From NCBI RefSeq assembly GCF_902459465.1, contig NC_047063.1, positions 9,982,001 through 10,046,000 of the forward strand: a stretch of 64,000 bases of DNA. Direction: 5' to 3'. The DNA is from Asterias rubens (lineage: Eukaryota). The notes below the pieces were generated by a model that was not told where the DNA came from, did no database searches, and saw nothing but the letters and a program-made list of their open reading frames with translations. Positions 26,809 to 36,877 of this stretch are shown here, in pieces. Made by a program: the position numbers and the translations under genes. Position 1 is the stretch's first letter. Each line of letters begins with the position of its first letter.

Positions 26809-29800
26809 GATCTCCTTCCTAAGCCCATTATTTTGTGCTACGTGATAAAGTGTGTGGTTTTAATTTGCAGTTAAAAGGGTGTCACTCGCGCACCCACTCA
26901 GCCGCCCACAGGCTCGCTTTTCCAAGTAATTCAAATTGCATGAAGGTGGCCATTACGTCTGTTGGTTCTGTTTTCAAATTTGTTTAAAGTCAGCCATCTT
27001 GATATAACTGATTCAACAAGTCGATTACCGTTTGGTTGGAACAGCCTTGTCACAGCGGATAAATTGAACATGCAAAATTGCTCAATTGATGACCAAAACA
27101 TAATTATGTTTCTGGTTACAATTTTGTTGAGAAACTTTAAAGTATAATTGTATACTTCTGTCCACAGTAAGTAATGCCTGTACAATCAACAATGGGGGAT
27201 GCAGCGGTCTGTGTCTTCCGAAGCCCTTTGGTCAATCGTGTTTCTGTCCTGATGGTCTACCGGCAAACGAAGATGGAAGCTGTAACACCATGAACACTGG
27301 TAAGATCTTGTTTAAAAATGGCCATACATACATTCATACATATCAGCATTTATATCCTAAGGTTACAAAGCTGGCTGTTGTTTGGGCAATTGGCTACTAG
27401 CGACTGTTGTAGGTGGCTTTTCTAGGGAGCAATGTCAACCACTAACAAGCCTAGCTATCCAGTCAATATTAATTGAGGCCCTCAGTAGAACCATACTTAA
27501 CTGTGCGTTGTGGGCGGAGCCTAATGGATCGGTCTATTGCAAAGGTTGTGAGTACACAGTGCTAACACACAAACTCAAGATGTCCAATGTGTAGTGGAGG
27601 CTGTGCCACGCTCACAATTTTGGTGGGCATTATGTTTAACGCCGCATGGCCTAAAATGCGCACTTCACTGAATAACGCACAGTGACATTGACCACCAAAA
27701 CGGCGCATTCAAGAATATTCTGATGCATTTTTTACCCAAATTGGATAAAACTGCTGGACTTTACCCCCTTGTGATTTTTTTTCAATTTTCAAGTTTCAAA
27801 CCTTCGGAAGTTTCAAACTTGCGCTAGCCAAAATATGCGACCTACCAACTTAAATTGAGCTGTGATATCCTTACTGTGTTTCACATTTAAATAATATGGC
27901 CATGTGATGTCCTCTCGACCAATCAGAATGACAATTTGCGCTCTCTATTTTTTGCACTGTACCCTTTTATCATTGTATACTGCTTTCATTTTAAATATGT
28001 ACCTCTAGTGGATCTTATGGTAATTTGTCCAGGATTTTTATAATTTACGTATTTTTTTTTTCTTTTTCATTATCTTACGAAATGTTTAGATGAACAAAGC
28101 TATAGTTTTTCTTATTTTGGTTGTAAAGCGCCATGGAGCATTTTTGCGATGGATTTGGCGCTTACTAAATGTTATATTTTTTATTAACATTATTAACAGC
28201 TGACTCAAAACTAGAAACACTTGAAATGACGGATCGACCACATGACGTCACACTCCAAGTGGGCATGGAGATCTTTCAGATGTGTGGCAGCAATCAACTG
28301 TCGGCCAACATTCAGTGGTGGAAGGACGGGGAGGAATTACCACTAGGTGAGTGTGACTTGATAAACGTCTTGACTTTATTTTACCAAATGGAAAGTGAAG
28401 TAATATAGACCTCAATAGTTCCACACCCTTGAGAGCATAGCGTCGACTCAGGACTTTAGGGTTTTTATTAGTGCAGTTTGTATGGATTTCATTAAACTGC
28501 TCTAGCACCTGTTGGAGCTCCTGGGGTGGATTTCACAAAGAGTTAAGACTAGTCTTATCTCGTGTTAGGATGAGTTACTCATCCTAACTTGGGACAAGCC
28601 TTAAGTTTTTTAATATCTCCTAGGACTAGTCCTTCCCTTTTTGTGAAATCGACCCCCCCCCCGTGTATCATGGGGTTAATTGATCAAGAGTTGTCTCCAA
28701 AGTAAGTGTTGACAAAAAGAAGGAAAAACATTTTCTAAGAAAAACATTTTGTTGTGGGTTTTGATTCGTTTTTGTCAAACTTTTCTTCATTTTTCACTTC
28801 ACAGCCTTTTGATTACTACAAGTATGAAATTGCAATTAATGACCTTATAGCAATGAGCCAACAATATGACCCCCAATCACGCAGTGAACTCCACTGGCTA
28901 TAAGAAAATGGATTCATAAAAAAAAAATTGTTTAACTTGTTGACTATTTTACAAATGACTCATTTTAACCGAGTTCTGACCTAGAAACAGTGGAGTGTGA
29001 TGTGAGTTGTTTTGTTTATTTGCAGGTCAATCGGGAAGCATGTATGTTTTTCCCGATGGCGGGTTGCAAATCCTAGACGTTGATGAAACACACAGAGGGC
29101 TTTATACTTGCATTGTGACTGCAGTCGACGGCAAGGCTGTGCAAGCACATGCAGAGTTCCGTAAGTTTTAAACTGTAATGTTTGGCTAAAAATGTGTATG
29201 TAAAACAAACAGATTCAGTCGTGAGACTGGTCTTTTTTAGGCTGGATGCATGTGTTTGACTTGCTTTGTGCGTAATGCTTAAAAGTGAATGTACACGCCA
29301 AGCAATGAACATAAATCCATGCATTTGTATTGCGTACTACATTATCCGTAAGGCCATGTGAATTTCATAGTGTGTATTATATATTCCTTTGTACAACACA
29401 TAGATTTCTGTCCTTATACTTTGTGAGAAAAATTTCATTTCAAAGTAATGTGGTTATGTTAAAAGATATCAGTTTTTACGTATCATACTTTGAATCTGAG
29501 ATTAGATTGTGTATTAGGGATTTATATTAAGCTCATTATGGCTAAAACAAAAGAAATGTTTTCTGAGCAATAACTAAAAATGGACTTGACGTCTCCAAAC
29601 TTGGTTTGTGGATTAGTCATGGGATCCCCCAGAAGCCTATTGTTTTGGGACCCACTCAGATAAATATTAAGCTCATTATGGCAAAACAATGACTCGAAAA
29701 GGACTTGGCGAAGCAACTCCAATCTCAGCGGAGCATTTGTTTTGTCAAAACACTGTTCTTAATCTTCCTGCAGCGACACACTCGCTCTGGATTTTCGGCA

Positions 29801-32779
29801 ATATTTCAAAAATGAACATTTGGAAATGAATTTTTCACATGTTGATTTTATGTTAAACATCTGCATTTATATAGGATTAAAACAATAAAACAGTTCCAAA
29901 AACCAAAGGTGTAGTTTGCCTTTAAACCATTTCCCTTTTCTCCTTCATACCACAGAATTTGATCCAGATGACGTATTCCTAGTTGAACCCAAAGCAGACA
30001 TTGTGATTCCAGAGGGGGGTGATGGTATTCTCATGTGCTCTGCAATAGAGGCCTCTTATGTTATCCACTGGGAAAAGAATGGCGAGCGAGTTCAATTCTC
30101 AGATATGATCCACATGTATTTGGGGGATAATCTGATAATTCGTCAGGCGATTATCTCAGACTCTGGGGTGTATACCTGTTATGCAGAAACGTTCGGTAGT
30201 GGGGTGCGTGTTGCAGAGGTACCTGCCAAGGTCACTGTAGAACCACAGCAAGTTGTAGAAGAAGGTAGGGTGACTCTCTACTTCATCCTCCATTAGGGTT
30301 GGAATGTTAAACCGTTTAACCATCACAAAAAATCCATCGAAAACCATCTCCTTATTACATTGTTTTACTAATTTCTCAAAAACTACAGCACCTCACCAAT
30401 TAATATTTTCAGGGAAGCTTTCTACTATCATTATCTTCAAACTGTGTAAGTTTAATGTAAGTCTGTGGACGTTGTGTTTATTGTCCTATAAAAAGTACAT
30501 AGACCATTTAAAGGCACTGGATACTATCGGTATTTGCTCAAAATATTTGTTAGCATAAAAACTTACTTGTTAGCAATCAATGGAGAGATGTTGTAAGTAT
30601 AAAACATTGTGAGAAACGGCTCCCTCTGAAATAACGTCGTTTTTGAGAAAGAAGATATTTCTCACTGAACAATTTGAAGTTGATTTCGAGACCTCAGTAT
30701 TTGATTTTGAGGTCTCGAAACCAAGTATCTGAAAGCACACAACTTCGTGTGACAAGGGTGTTTTTTCTTCCATTATAATCTTGCAACTTCGATAAACGAT
30801 TGAGTTCAAATTTTCACATGTTTGATATTTTGTGCATATGTTGAGATACACCAAGTGAGAAGACTGGTCTTTGACAATGTGTCCAGTGCCTTTAACAGTT
30901 AAACAAAACCACCAGTAAAAACAAACAAAAAGCTTTCAAATCTACAAGACCACTGGGTTTGTGGCTCAAAATGTTTACTAGACCAGAGTTCCCTTTTAAG
31001 AGACCAGAATCAAAATATTATCAAGCTTCCTGACCCAGTTTAGCGCACATTTTAAGATAACTGTCTTTATTTAAACAAGCACTACAACCAGTAAGAGAGT
31101 AATATTCTCCATAATATTGTTGATTTCATTTTTTTTTTTTTTGAGCGTATACTTCACTTTGTTATTGCTCATAGAATTGGAAGGTATTTTATCAGTTTCG
31201 AAGTCAACATCTGAACATTAATTTTTTGTTCAAAATGTTACTATTATTTTTCATTAGTTCAATTAAAAGACACGAGACTCTGGTGAAAAGTTTAAAGTGT
31301 AAAATTCTAGCCTTGCTCCACATATGTTCTTTGCAGGAAAAACATACTGGGCACTTTGAGACGCCCCTTGGGTGTGGTATAGTGCTATTATGATAAATAT
31401 ATGTTTTATCAATAGTAGTTACTGGTGTTTATACACTGCCATATTTTGATTACTAAATGCTGTAGGCCTACTTTATTTTGCCAACTGAAGCTTGCCCTTT
31501 TTTTTTTGCTGTATGTATTCCCCCATAATATTATTAGTTGTAATGTAGACAGCTGTATTTTGTGTGAAATGATGCACTTTATTTTGTTCACTTATACCTT
31601 TATCTTGTGGACAGGTTCTAAAGTTGATTTACAATGGATGAATTATTATCTAGTAACAATATTTGAGGTCATACTCTCTTGCTACTACAATTGTACACAA
31701 TTGATGTGCAAGTATTTCTATAATTCTAAATAACTATTTCGATGTGTTTATGAAATGTACAGGTATTGCTGATGCTGTTTCTAATGACTGTTTTTGTAAA
31801 TTGTACATTTCAGCTCTTAGCTGCCATATTGCAGTATTTTTTAATAAACCATTAAATAGGCCTAATGTTTATAATTTAATAACAATAGTACAAATTTTGA
31901 ATGAATAAATGACTCTTAACAATATCCTGTGTCTGTTGAATCCCTGCAGTGTGTGGCAGAGTAACATCACCCGAGGCAACCGGGATAGCATCAGAATCCA
32001 GTAACGCATCCCAGAGCGATATCAATGATGATGACCAGACCTTCCGCATCGTTGGAGGTACTACTGCCAAGATGGGATCGTCCCCTTGGATTGCACGTAT
32101 CTGGCTGACTAAAGACCGCAAACACTTCTGTGGTGGGACGCTAATCAACCGCTTCTGGGTCATCACAGGGGCTCACTGTATTACTGAATACTCGGTGACC
32201 AAGGCCGACATCAAGATCAGGCTGGGTGACCACGATATCTACTCGACGGAGGAAAACGAGCGACTGATTGGCGTGCAACACATCAAAGTGCACCAGAACT
32301 TTGTCGCGGATGATTATGACAGCGATATAGCCTTGATCAAGCTTGACGAACCGGTGGAGGAATTCACTGATTACCTCCGTCCAGTGTGCCTTCCCAGCAA
32401 AGCCTTGGCAAGGGCCCTCCTGGTTTCTGGGCGCAAGGGTACCGTCGCGGGTTGGGGTAGGCTGGTTGAGGGTGACAGTTCGCCCTATCCGCGTTTCCTT
32501 AAGGAGATAACGGTACCCGTTGTTGGACAGCGAAAATGCAAAGCCTCCACCAGATATCTTGTCACTGACAACATGTTCTGTGCTGGTTACAAGAAGAAAA
32601 CAGCTGATGCGTGTAGAGGCGATAGTGGGGGACCATTTTCCATAGAGCATGAGGGTAGATGGTATCAGCTTGGCATTGTTAGCTGGGGAGAGGGTTGTGC
32701 CAGGCAAGGCAATTATGGGTTTTATACCAGACTCATTAAGTTTCTCAAGTGGATGAATCAGTATATAGAAGAACATTAA
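9133..32779 (+). CDS. Mosaic secreted or signal-anchored serine protease zymogen: CUB - 3x(YWTD propeller-EGF) - 2x Ig - trypsin-like domain, 1592 aa
   Basis: 23 exons, all GT-AG and phase-consistent: 9133-9203, 9991-10218, 11196-11371, 11735-12188, 12627-12764, 13631-13766, 13946-14093, 15140-15253, 16297-16560, 17516-17669, 18587-18718, 21053-21167, 22156-22312, 22724-22852, 23907-24155, 25017-25176, 25846-25976, 26278-26547, 27168-27299, 28200-28346, 29026-29160, 29956-30264, 31950-32779. They sum to 4779 nt, one open frame ending in TAA. Confidence 0.9.
9286..9389. repeat. Near-perfect palindrome of about 104 bp (mini-MITE); half copy at about 35763-35806
   Basis: agacccagtaactggggcgctgtactccttttt...aaaaaggagtacagcgccccagttactgggtct. 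Confidence 0.75.
9440..9832. mobile_element. MITE family C (TTAA-type); related reverse partial copy at about 39028-39260
   Basis: gcaattggacactttcggtaaacag...ccattgccttctgtaaacccc..agttatttgtaaatctgtg matches the reverse complement of 39030-39250. Confidence 0.65.
10284..10628. mobile_element. MITE family A-related, reverse orientation
   Basis: ttaaaggccctg...ggtaatgaccaaacatgtaccttccctttaa; reverse-complement match to family A. Confidence 0.7.
11735..15253 (+). CDS. Exons 4-8: YWTD (LDLR class B) beta-propeller 1 and EGF-like module 1
   Basis: FFWAD, GIAVDWLARTVYWTD, LFWTD..PRIERSRLDG, LYWTS, LYVTD; then CDANPCEFLCVSDGGDAYSCLCQHGFTAMQDGTC. Confidence 0.9.
14703..15088. mobile_element. MITE family A
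   Basis: ttaaaggcagtgaacactattggtaatt...caattaccaataatgtctgtccagtgtcgttaa. Confidence 0.8.
15410..15735 (+). mobile_element. Degenerate 3' end of an L2-type LINE
   Basis: RPGLGSSGSMLFVPRTHLTSNGDRPFSNLAP..WNSLPQSLRD resembles the L2 ORF2 C-terminus; ends in agcgccttacaaatgctg...ttattatt. Confidence 0.7.
16103..16240 (+). mobile_element. tRNA-derived SINE
   Basis: A-box-like ggtggtctagttg and B-box-like ggtttgaatccc, followed by a non-tRNA tail actgagtatcactgctaacacaca that recurs at about 27550. Confidence 0.6.
16297..22852 (+). CDS. Exons 9-14: YWTD beta-propeller 2 and EGF-like module 2
   Basis: LFYS, GIAVDWLDKLLYWTD, FIFWTY..IERAALDG, LYFAE, LMWTE; then PCSDGMHDCEQLCLP..YICTCGIGYRLNEDETSC. 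Confidence 0.9.
16686..16812. repeat. (TTTG)n/(TTCG)n microsatellite
   Basis: Read directly from the sequence. Confidence 0.9.
16970..17270 (+). mobile_element. L2-type LINE 3' fragment
   Basis: GDAPAYLSDLVQMYTPGHR (G.AP.YL..L...Y.P.R motif) plus an (att)n tail at about 17250. Confidence 0.55.
19203..19590. mobile_element. MITE family A
   Basis: ttaaaggcagtggacactattggtaatt...aattaccaatagtgtccactgtcttta. Confidence 0.82.
21697..22070. mobile_element. MITE family A-related
   Basis: ttaaaggaactatagacactattggtaatt...gtgtccagtgcctttaa. Confidence 0.78.
22882..23272. mobile_element. MITE family A-related, reverse orientation
   Basis: ttaaaggcactgtacacgtttggtaagtgtcaaagaccag...gtaattaccaaacatgtaccttccctttaa. 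Confidence 0.78.
23907..27299 (+). CDS. Exons 15-19: YWTD beta-propeller 3 and EGF-like module 3
   Basis: GYDPIQGLVYWSD, VYWTD, LLWTR..IDKAFLDG, LYWTN..IESCDLSG, IYWTD; then NACTINNGGCSGLCLPKPFGQSCFCPDG...C. Confidence 0.9.
24234..24621. mobile_element. MITE family A, reverse orientation, followed by a fragment to about 24710
   Basis: ttaaagacactggaaactattggtaattgtcaaagaccag...aatagtgtccactgcctttaa. Confidence 0.82.
24735..24895 (+). mobile_element. SINE-like fragment
   Basis: tgtggattaggttttcagtc...gggttttccctgg...ggttttcctcccacatctaaaactg resembles a SINE body; recognised by pattern only. Confidence 0.4.
25274..25436. repeat. Imperfect inverted repeat (mini-MITE) in protease intron 16
   Basis: gcctctcttaatattcatgggtgacgtcataattcttacccaaaa...ttttgggttagaattgtgacgtactcatgcataaatattaagagaggc. 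Confidence 0.65.
26765..26808. repeat. (TTA)n microsatellite; others at 7835-7862 and about 17250
   Basis: Read directly from the sequence. Confidence 0.9.
28200..30264 (+). CDS. Exons 20-22: two immunoglobulin-like (I-set type) domains
   Basis: Ig1 (split over two exons): P.DVTLQVG...MC....IQWWKDGEEL...GLQI.DV....GLYTC. Ig2 (one exon): P.ADIVIPEGGDGILMC....IHWEKNG...LII......DSGVYTCYA. Confidence 0.88.
28521..28657. mobile_element. Small hairpin MITE family D; related pieces at 7151-7510, 34270-34520 and 2290-2345
   Basis: TIR GGGG(T)GGATTTCACAAAG...TTTGTGAAATCGACCCC; internal ctaggactagtcct motifs. Confidence 0.7.
30508..30895. mobile_element. MITE family A
   Basis: ttaaaggcactggatactatcggtatt...gtgtccagtgcctttaa. 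Confidence 0.82.
31950..32779 (+). CDS. Exon 23: linker Cys, activation peptide and complete trypsin-like serine protease domain in a single exon
   Basis: CGR...TFR|IVGG (Ile16 at 32048); His57 in TGAHC (32174), Asp102 in DSDIALI (32324), Asp189 (32606), Ser195 in GDSGGP (AGT, 32624), Ser214 (AGC, 32681), Tyr225 (32714). No intron across these 830 nt. Confidence 0.95.
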
Positions 32780-34555
32780 TCATGGAAACAAATCAACAAG
32801 ATTCGTTTTAGTTCTCATTTTGAGACAAAAATCAGGACTTGTTGAAATTGATCAGGAGGAAACAAAATTGTGTTTCAATCTGAAATTATTAAGCTCATGT
32901 CATCACTAGTCCACAAGAGAAATATTTTTGTATTAAACACTGTCTAGGTTGAAAAGATAGCATCAAAATCCTTTTTAAAATTACCATAGCTTATTTCTCA
33001 AATGTTGCAATCGAAGTATGCTCAATATGAGCTGATACAAAAATCCCTCGCAAAACAGAAGCAGTTTTTGTTGTTTTGATAACCTCCACCAATTTTGGTT
33101 GATATTTCACAGGTTTAACAAAATTTATTATTCATCATAGTCATTAAGTCGAGCGCCATGTGGAAGGTTGAGCCTGCCCAGTGATTTTTGTCCAAATATT
33201 CTGATTTAGCATGCAGGAGCGTAATTCCTCAGCGCTGGCAAAACGGGTGTCTCGTTTCAGGGTGTCTACTAAGCTATTGGATATAATTGATACCTCACGA
33301 CTATGTGCATTTACCCATAGAATATTTTAGTGGCAGCAATTTCTTAAAAATGACCCCCGCCCCCCCCCCCCCCCCCCCCCCCAAGTGAGGAATTGTGCTA
33401 TTCACAGAAATTTTTGCACAAATACTACCATCATAGCATTCCATTTTTAATTGTAAATATTGTAAGATTCTAAAATCATTGTTTTTGTTATTATAATTAC
33501 TAGTTTACTTTTTTGACCACTTCACTTATGTATTCTAACAATTATTCCAAGACCACATGCAGTTTGATTTTCTGAGTCTTTTTTTTTGTTAGCTTCTTAA
33601 GAACTTGTTTTCCTTTGAAAATGTCATTGCCGAAATGAATCCTTGACTTGACAATGGAAAGGCAGCAGATGTTCTCAAAATTAGTTTCAGGATTGATGGT
33701 GTTGTGTGAAAAAAAATAAGTACATAGGCACTCACTGTGGTTCACAGAAAAACAATAGAGGCAGCCTTTTTTTTCTTCTTTCTTTTTTGCTACATTGAAA
33801 CAACAACAGGACTTAGGTCTTGAATCCTATACCTCTGGGAAAGGTTTTTACAATGCATGTTTTCCATAACCTGTAATTGTTGCTCTTTGTTCAGGTGAAG
33901 TATTACTGATGTACATGCCTGGCTGTGCACCCGACACGGCATAAAGTCCAGGTTAAGACAAATACAGACTTTACGGTTGTCTGCCAAAAAAAAGAGTTCA
34001 GAACAATCAACAAATGTCTGCCATAAGTTTCAAAAAAATAAATGCAGACAAACATGCTATTGAGATGAAGTGGTTATATGTGTTTTCGAAATATATATTT
34101 TTTACTACGTTATGGACAACTAGTAGGCTTATGCATGCTTTTATACCGCAAGAGTTTTAGCTATTAAAATCAGTATTTAATGTATTTTGTACATATTGGT
34201 ATGGTTTACTTTCTTATACTAGTCCTTTTCAACCCTGCAGGACATTTGGAAGCCACAGTGATCTCTTTCAACTTAGTCCTGGAGAGAGTTAAGACTAGTG
34301 TTATTCCTAACTTAGGACTAGTCTTGAAGAAGTTGAGTTTGCGTTACGATCTTTGGTTTTGAACATCTCCTAGGACTAGTACTAAGTTAGGACTAGTCCT
34401 GAGTTAGGAATAGTCCTGAGTTAGGACTACATACATGTAGTCCTATAAAGTAAGGACTATAGTCCTTATGTGATGACTAGTCCTAGTTTAGCCTAGTCCT
34501 AACTTTTTGTGAATGGACCCCTTGTCTTGAGATGCTATAGGCCTACTGTAAGTTA

Positions 34556-36098
34556 TAGTTGCGATAACGTAACCCTCCTCCCGACGGCCGCCATCAGCCT
34601 CCCGTGGTAATGTTATGAGGGTTACGTTATTGCAACTAACTGTAGGAAGTATGATTCATCTCCTCAGCAAGTTCTGCGATAAATGTTCAGTTCAAAAAGT
34701 AATTGCAAATATGTTTGAACCACAATATCTCTACATAATTATACTCAAGCAAGTTCTTGAATTGTTGAACTATAATAAAAAGGAGATCTAGTGTTTGTTA
34801 TAGAATAATTAACGAAGCCCTTCCCAGAGCTGTTTTTAGATTTCCTCGTTTGTAAAACAAACAAAAAACACTATTATTATTATTTTTATGAATATGCAAG
34901 ATGGCCATTAACATCGTAATGAATATTCAAATCACCGCTTATTTTTGGAACTATAAGGCGAATGTACCATAAATAAAAGTGTCGGTGGACAGTTTATAAA
35001 AACCGTGTTGTTACCCGCACGACGAAAGAATCTACCAGACTGAATACGACATGGGTGAAAGTTAATTAGCTTTTAATGAATACAGTTATTTTAGTATTGC
35101 CAACTATACGACTGCAAGAGACTAACAAAGCTGTGCGCATGCTCACTTTAATCACAACCACTTTGTAGCTAAATAGCTTCGTACGTCAATGCATTGTGTA
35201 CACACTACTACTAGGTACCCCTAGTACTACATGCTAGTACTAGCTAATCGCATAAAATACATCGTCCGGTCGTCGTCACGTTCAGTCCAGTAAATTCGCA
35301 GCACTCAGCCTTAAATTCTGCCTGTTTCTCAGAAGAGGAAACTTCACTAGTCAACAACCATGGTCTGATTGATATTGGATGGTAAGGAAGACACAACTTT
35401 TCGAGAAATGTATTGGACATTTTGACTGTATAGTATAAATCACTCGCAGCTCATACTGCACAGACTCGGATCGGATCTGATTATACACTTTACCCCCACA
35501 GTACATGCAGTACATGGTGCACTACACTCCCCCATTTCAATACACCACTGTTCAAATAATATTGTTGGTACACAAGACATTTAATACGAGCATGATACGA
35601 GTTACTTTCAGTTTATAGTTAATATTGTAATAAACCATGTCAGAAGCAGTCGTTGCAAATTTCTTTTTGACTTTGTTTGTTCATGAATCATGTTCTCTAA
35701 AGTCTAACTAATCAAGCATCCAGGTTTCCAATATAATACCAATGCAATAGGCCTGATAATGTCAAAATTTCGAAAAAAGGAATCTAGCGCCCCAGTCACT
35801 GGGTCTAGTTTCCAATCTAAACCAAATCCTCAAAATCCTTACCATGCCCGAACTATAGACCCAGTAAATAGGTAATGCATTAAACTAAGCCATAATAATG
35901 GGGCGCTGGCTGTGTGGGGTTGGGGTACTCAATCAATAGCCCCACTTGTGTGGCCAAGGCTACATTATTGAACACGGTCGACAGTGGTTGGTATAGTTGC
36001 GATAACGTAACCCACCTGCCGACGGTTACGTTATTGCAACTACCGATATGGTAGTTGCGATAACGTAACCCGACGGCCGCCAGGCCGGAGGGTTACGA
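34556..36098. repeat. Three short TA-bounded hairpin elements (34556-34638, 35994-36042, 36052-36098)
   Basis: tagttgcgataacgtaaccc...gggttacgttattgcaacta with loops of different length. Confidence 0.7.
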
Positions 36099-36877
36099 GA
36101 TCGGTTCGAGCGGCAAATGACAACTTGGTCCAACACGTACAATTTCGTACAATTTTGACAGCTAGTCACCAGATTTGCCCCATTTTTACCACTTTCAAAA
36201 ATCATGACACAAATTCTGAGGGTACGAACTTAATCCGCAATGTCTAATGCAGCCTGCCATAATACTCAAAACACCATTTAGGAAATATTTTGAAGAAAAA
36301 TTGACAAAAACTTGCCAGATCCCGGAGCGAGTTCCCAGGTTATAGTTTGAACCTGTCGCATCCCTTTGCAAACGCATTATTTTGAAACGCATTATTTTGT
36401 TGTTGGGCAAAACCATTCTGTAAAAGAGGTGTCACAATGTTGCAGTGCGTGCGCGCCATTATGAGTGAACGGCGTGCAATGCAAACAGACAGCGCGCACA
36501 CGCACTGCATGAAATAATATAGTATCTTATTTACCTCAATGAGATATCCCTTTTTGTAAAAATGAGTGAAAAAGTGGTGGCGCTGTATGGAAAGTTATCC
36601 CTACAGTGTAATACATTTTCTCCCATGTTCATCTTTGCAGCCTGTGCCTATGTTGGCAACAAGATCTCACAGGCAATCAGCTCGAGGAAACTCAAGAATA
36701 AAGATGAGGTCCTTGAACATGACGACAGTCAATCGCATACTTGTATGCTCAAAGGAAAGAAGCCAACACAGAATGGTAAATGTTTAGCAGTTTTCCTCAT
36801 TTGGGTTTTATGCACAGGATAAAGAAAAACAATTGGTTGTGTGTGTTTATTTTCGTTGTTCCTTACACAAATGTTTA

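Noticed and set aside
9133-27299. Calling the large gene LRP4/LRP5/LRP6 or the EGF precursor
   Set aside because: It has no LDLa repeats, transmembrane segment or cytoplasmic tail, and the frame continues into Ig and protease exons.
32141-32776. 211-aa minus-strand ORF
   Set aside because: Antisense shadow of the protease exon with no independent features.
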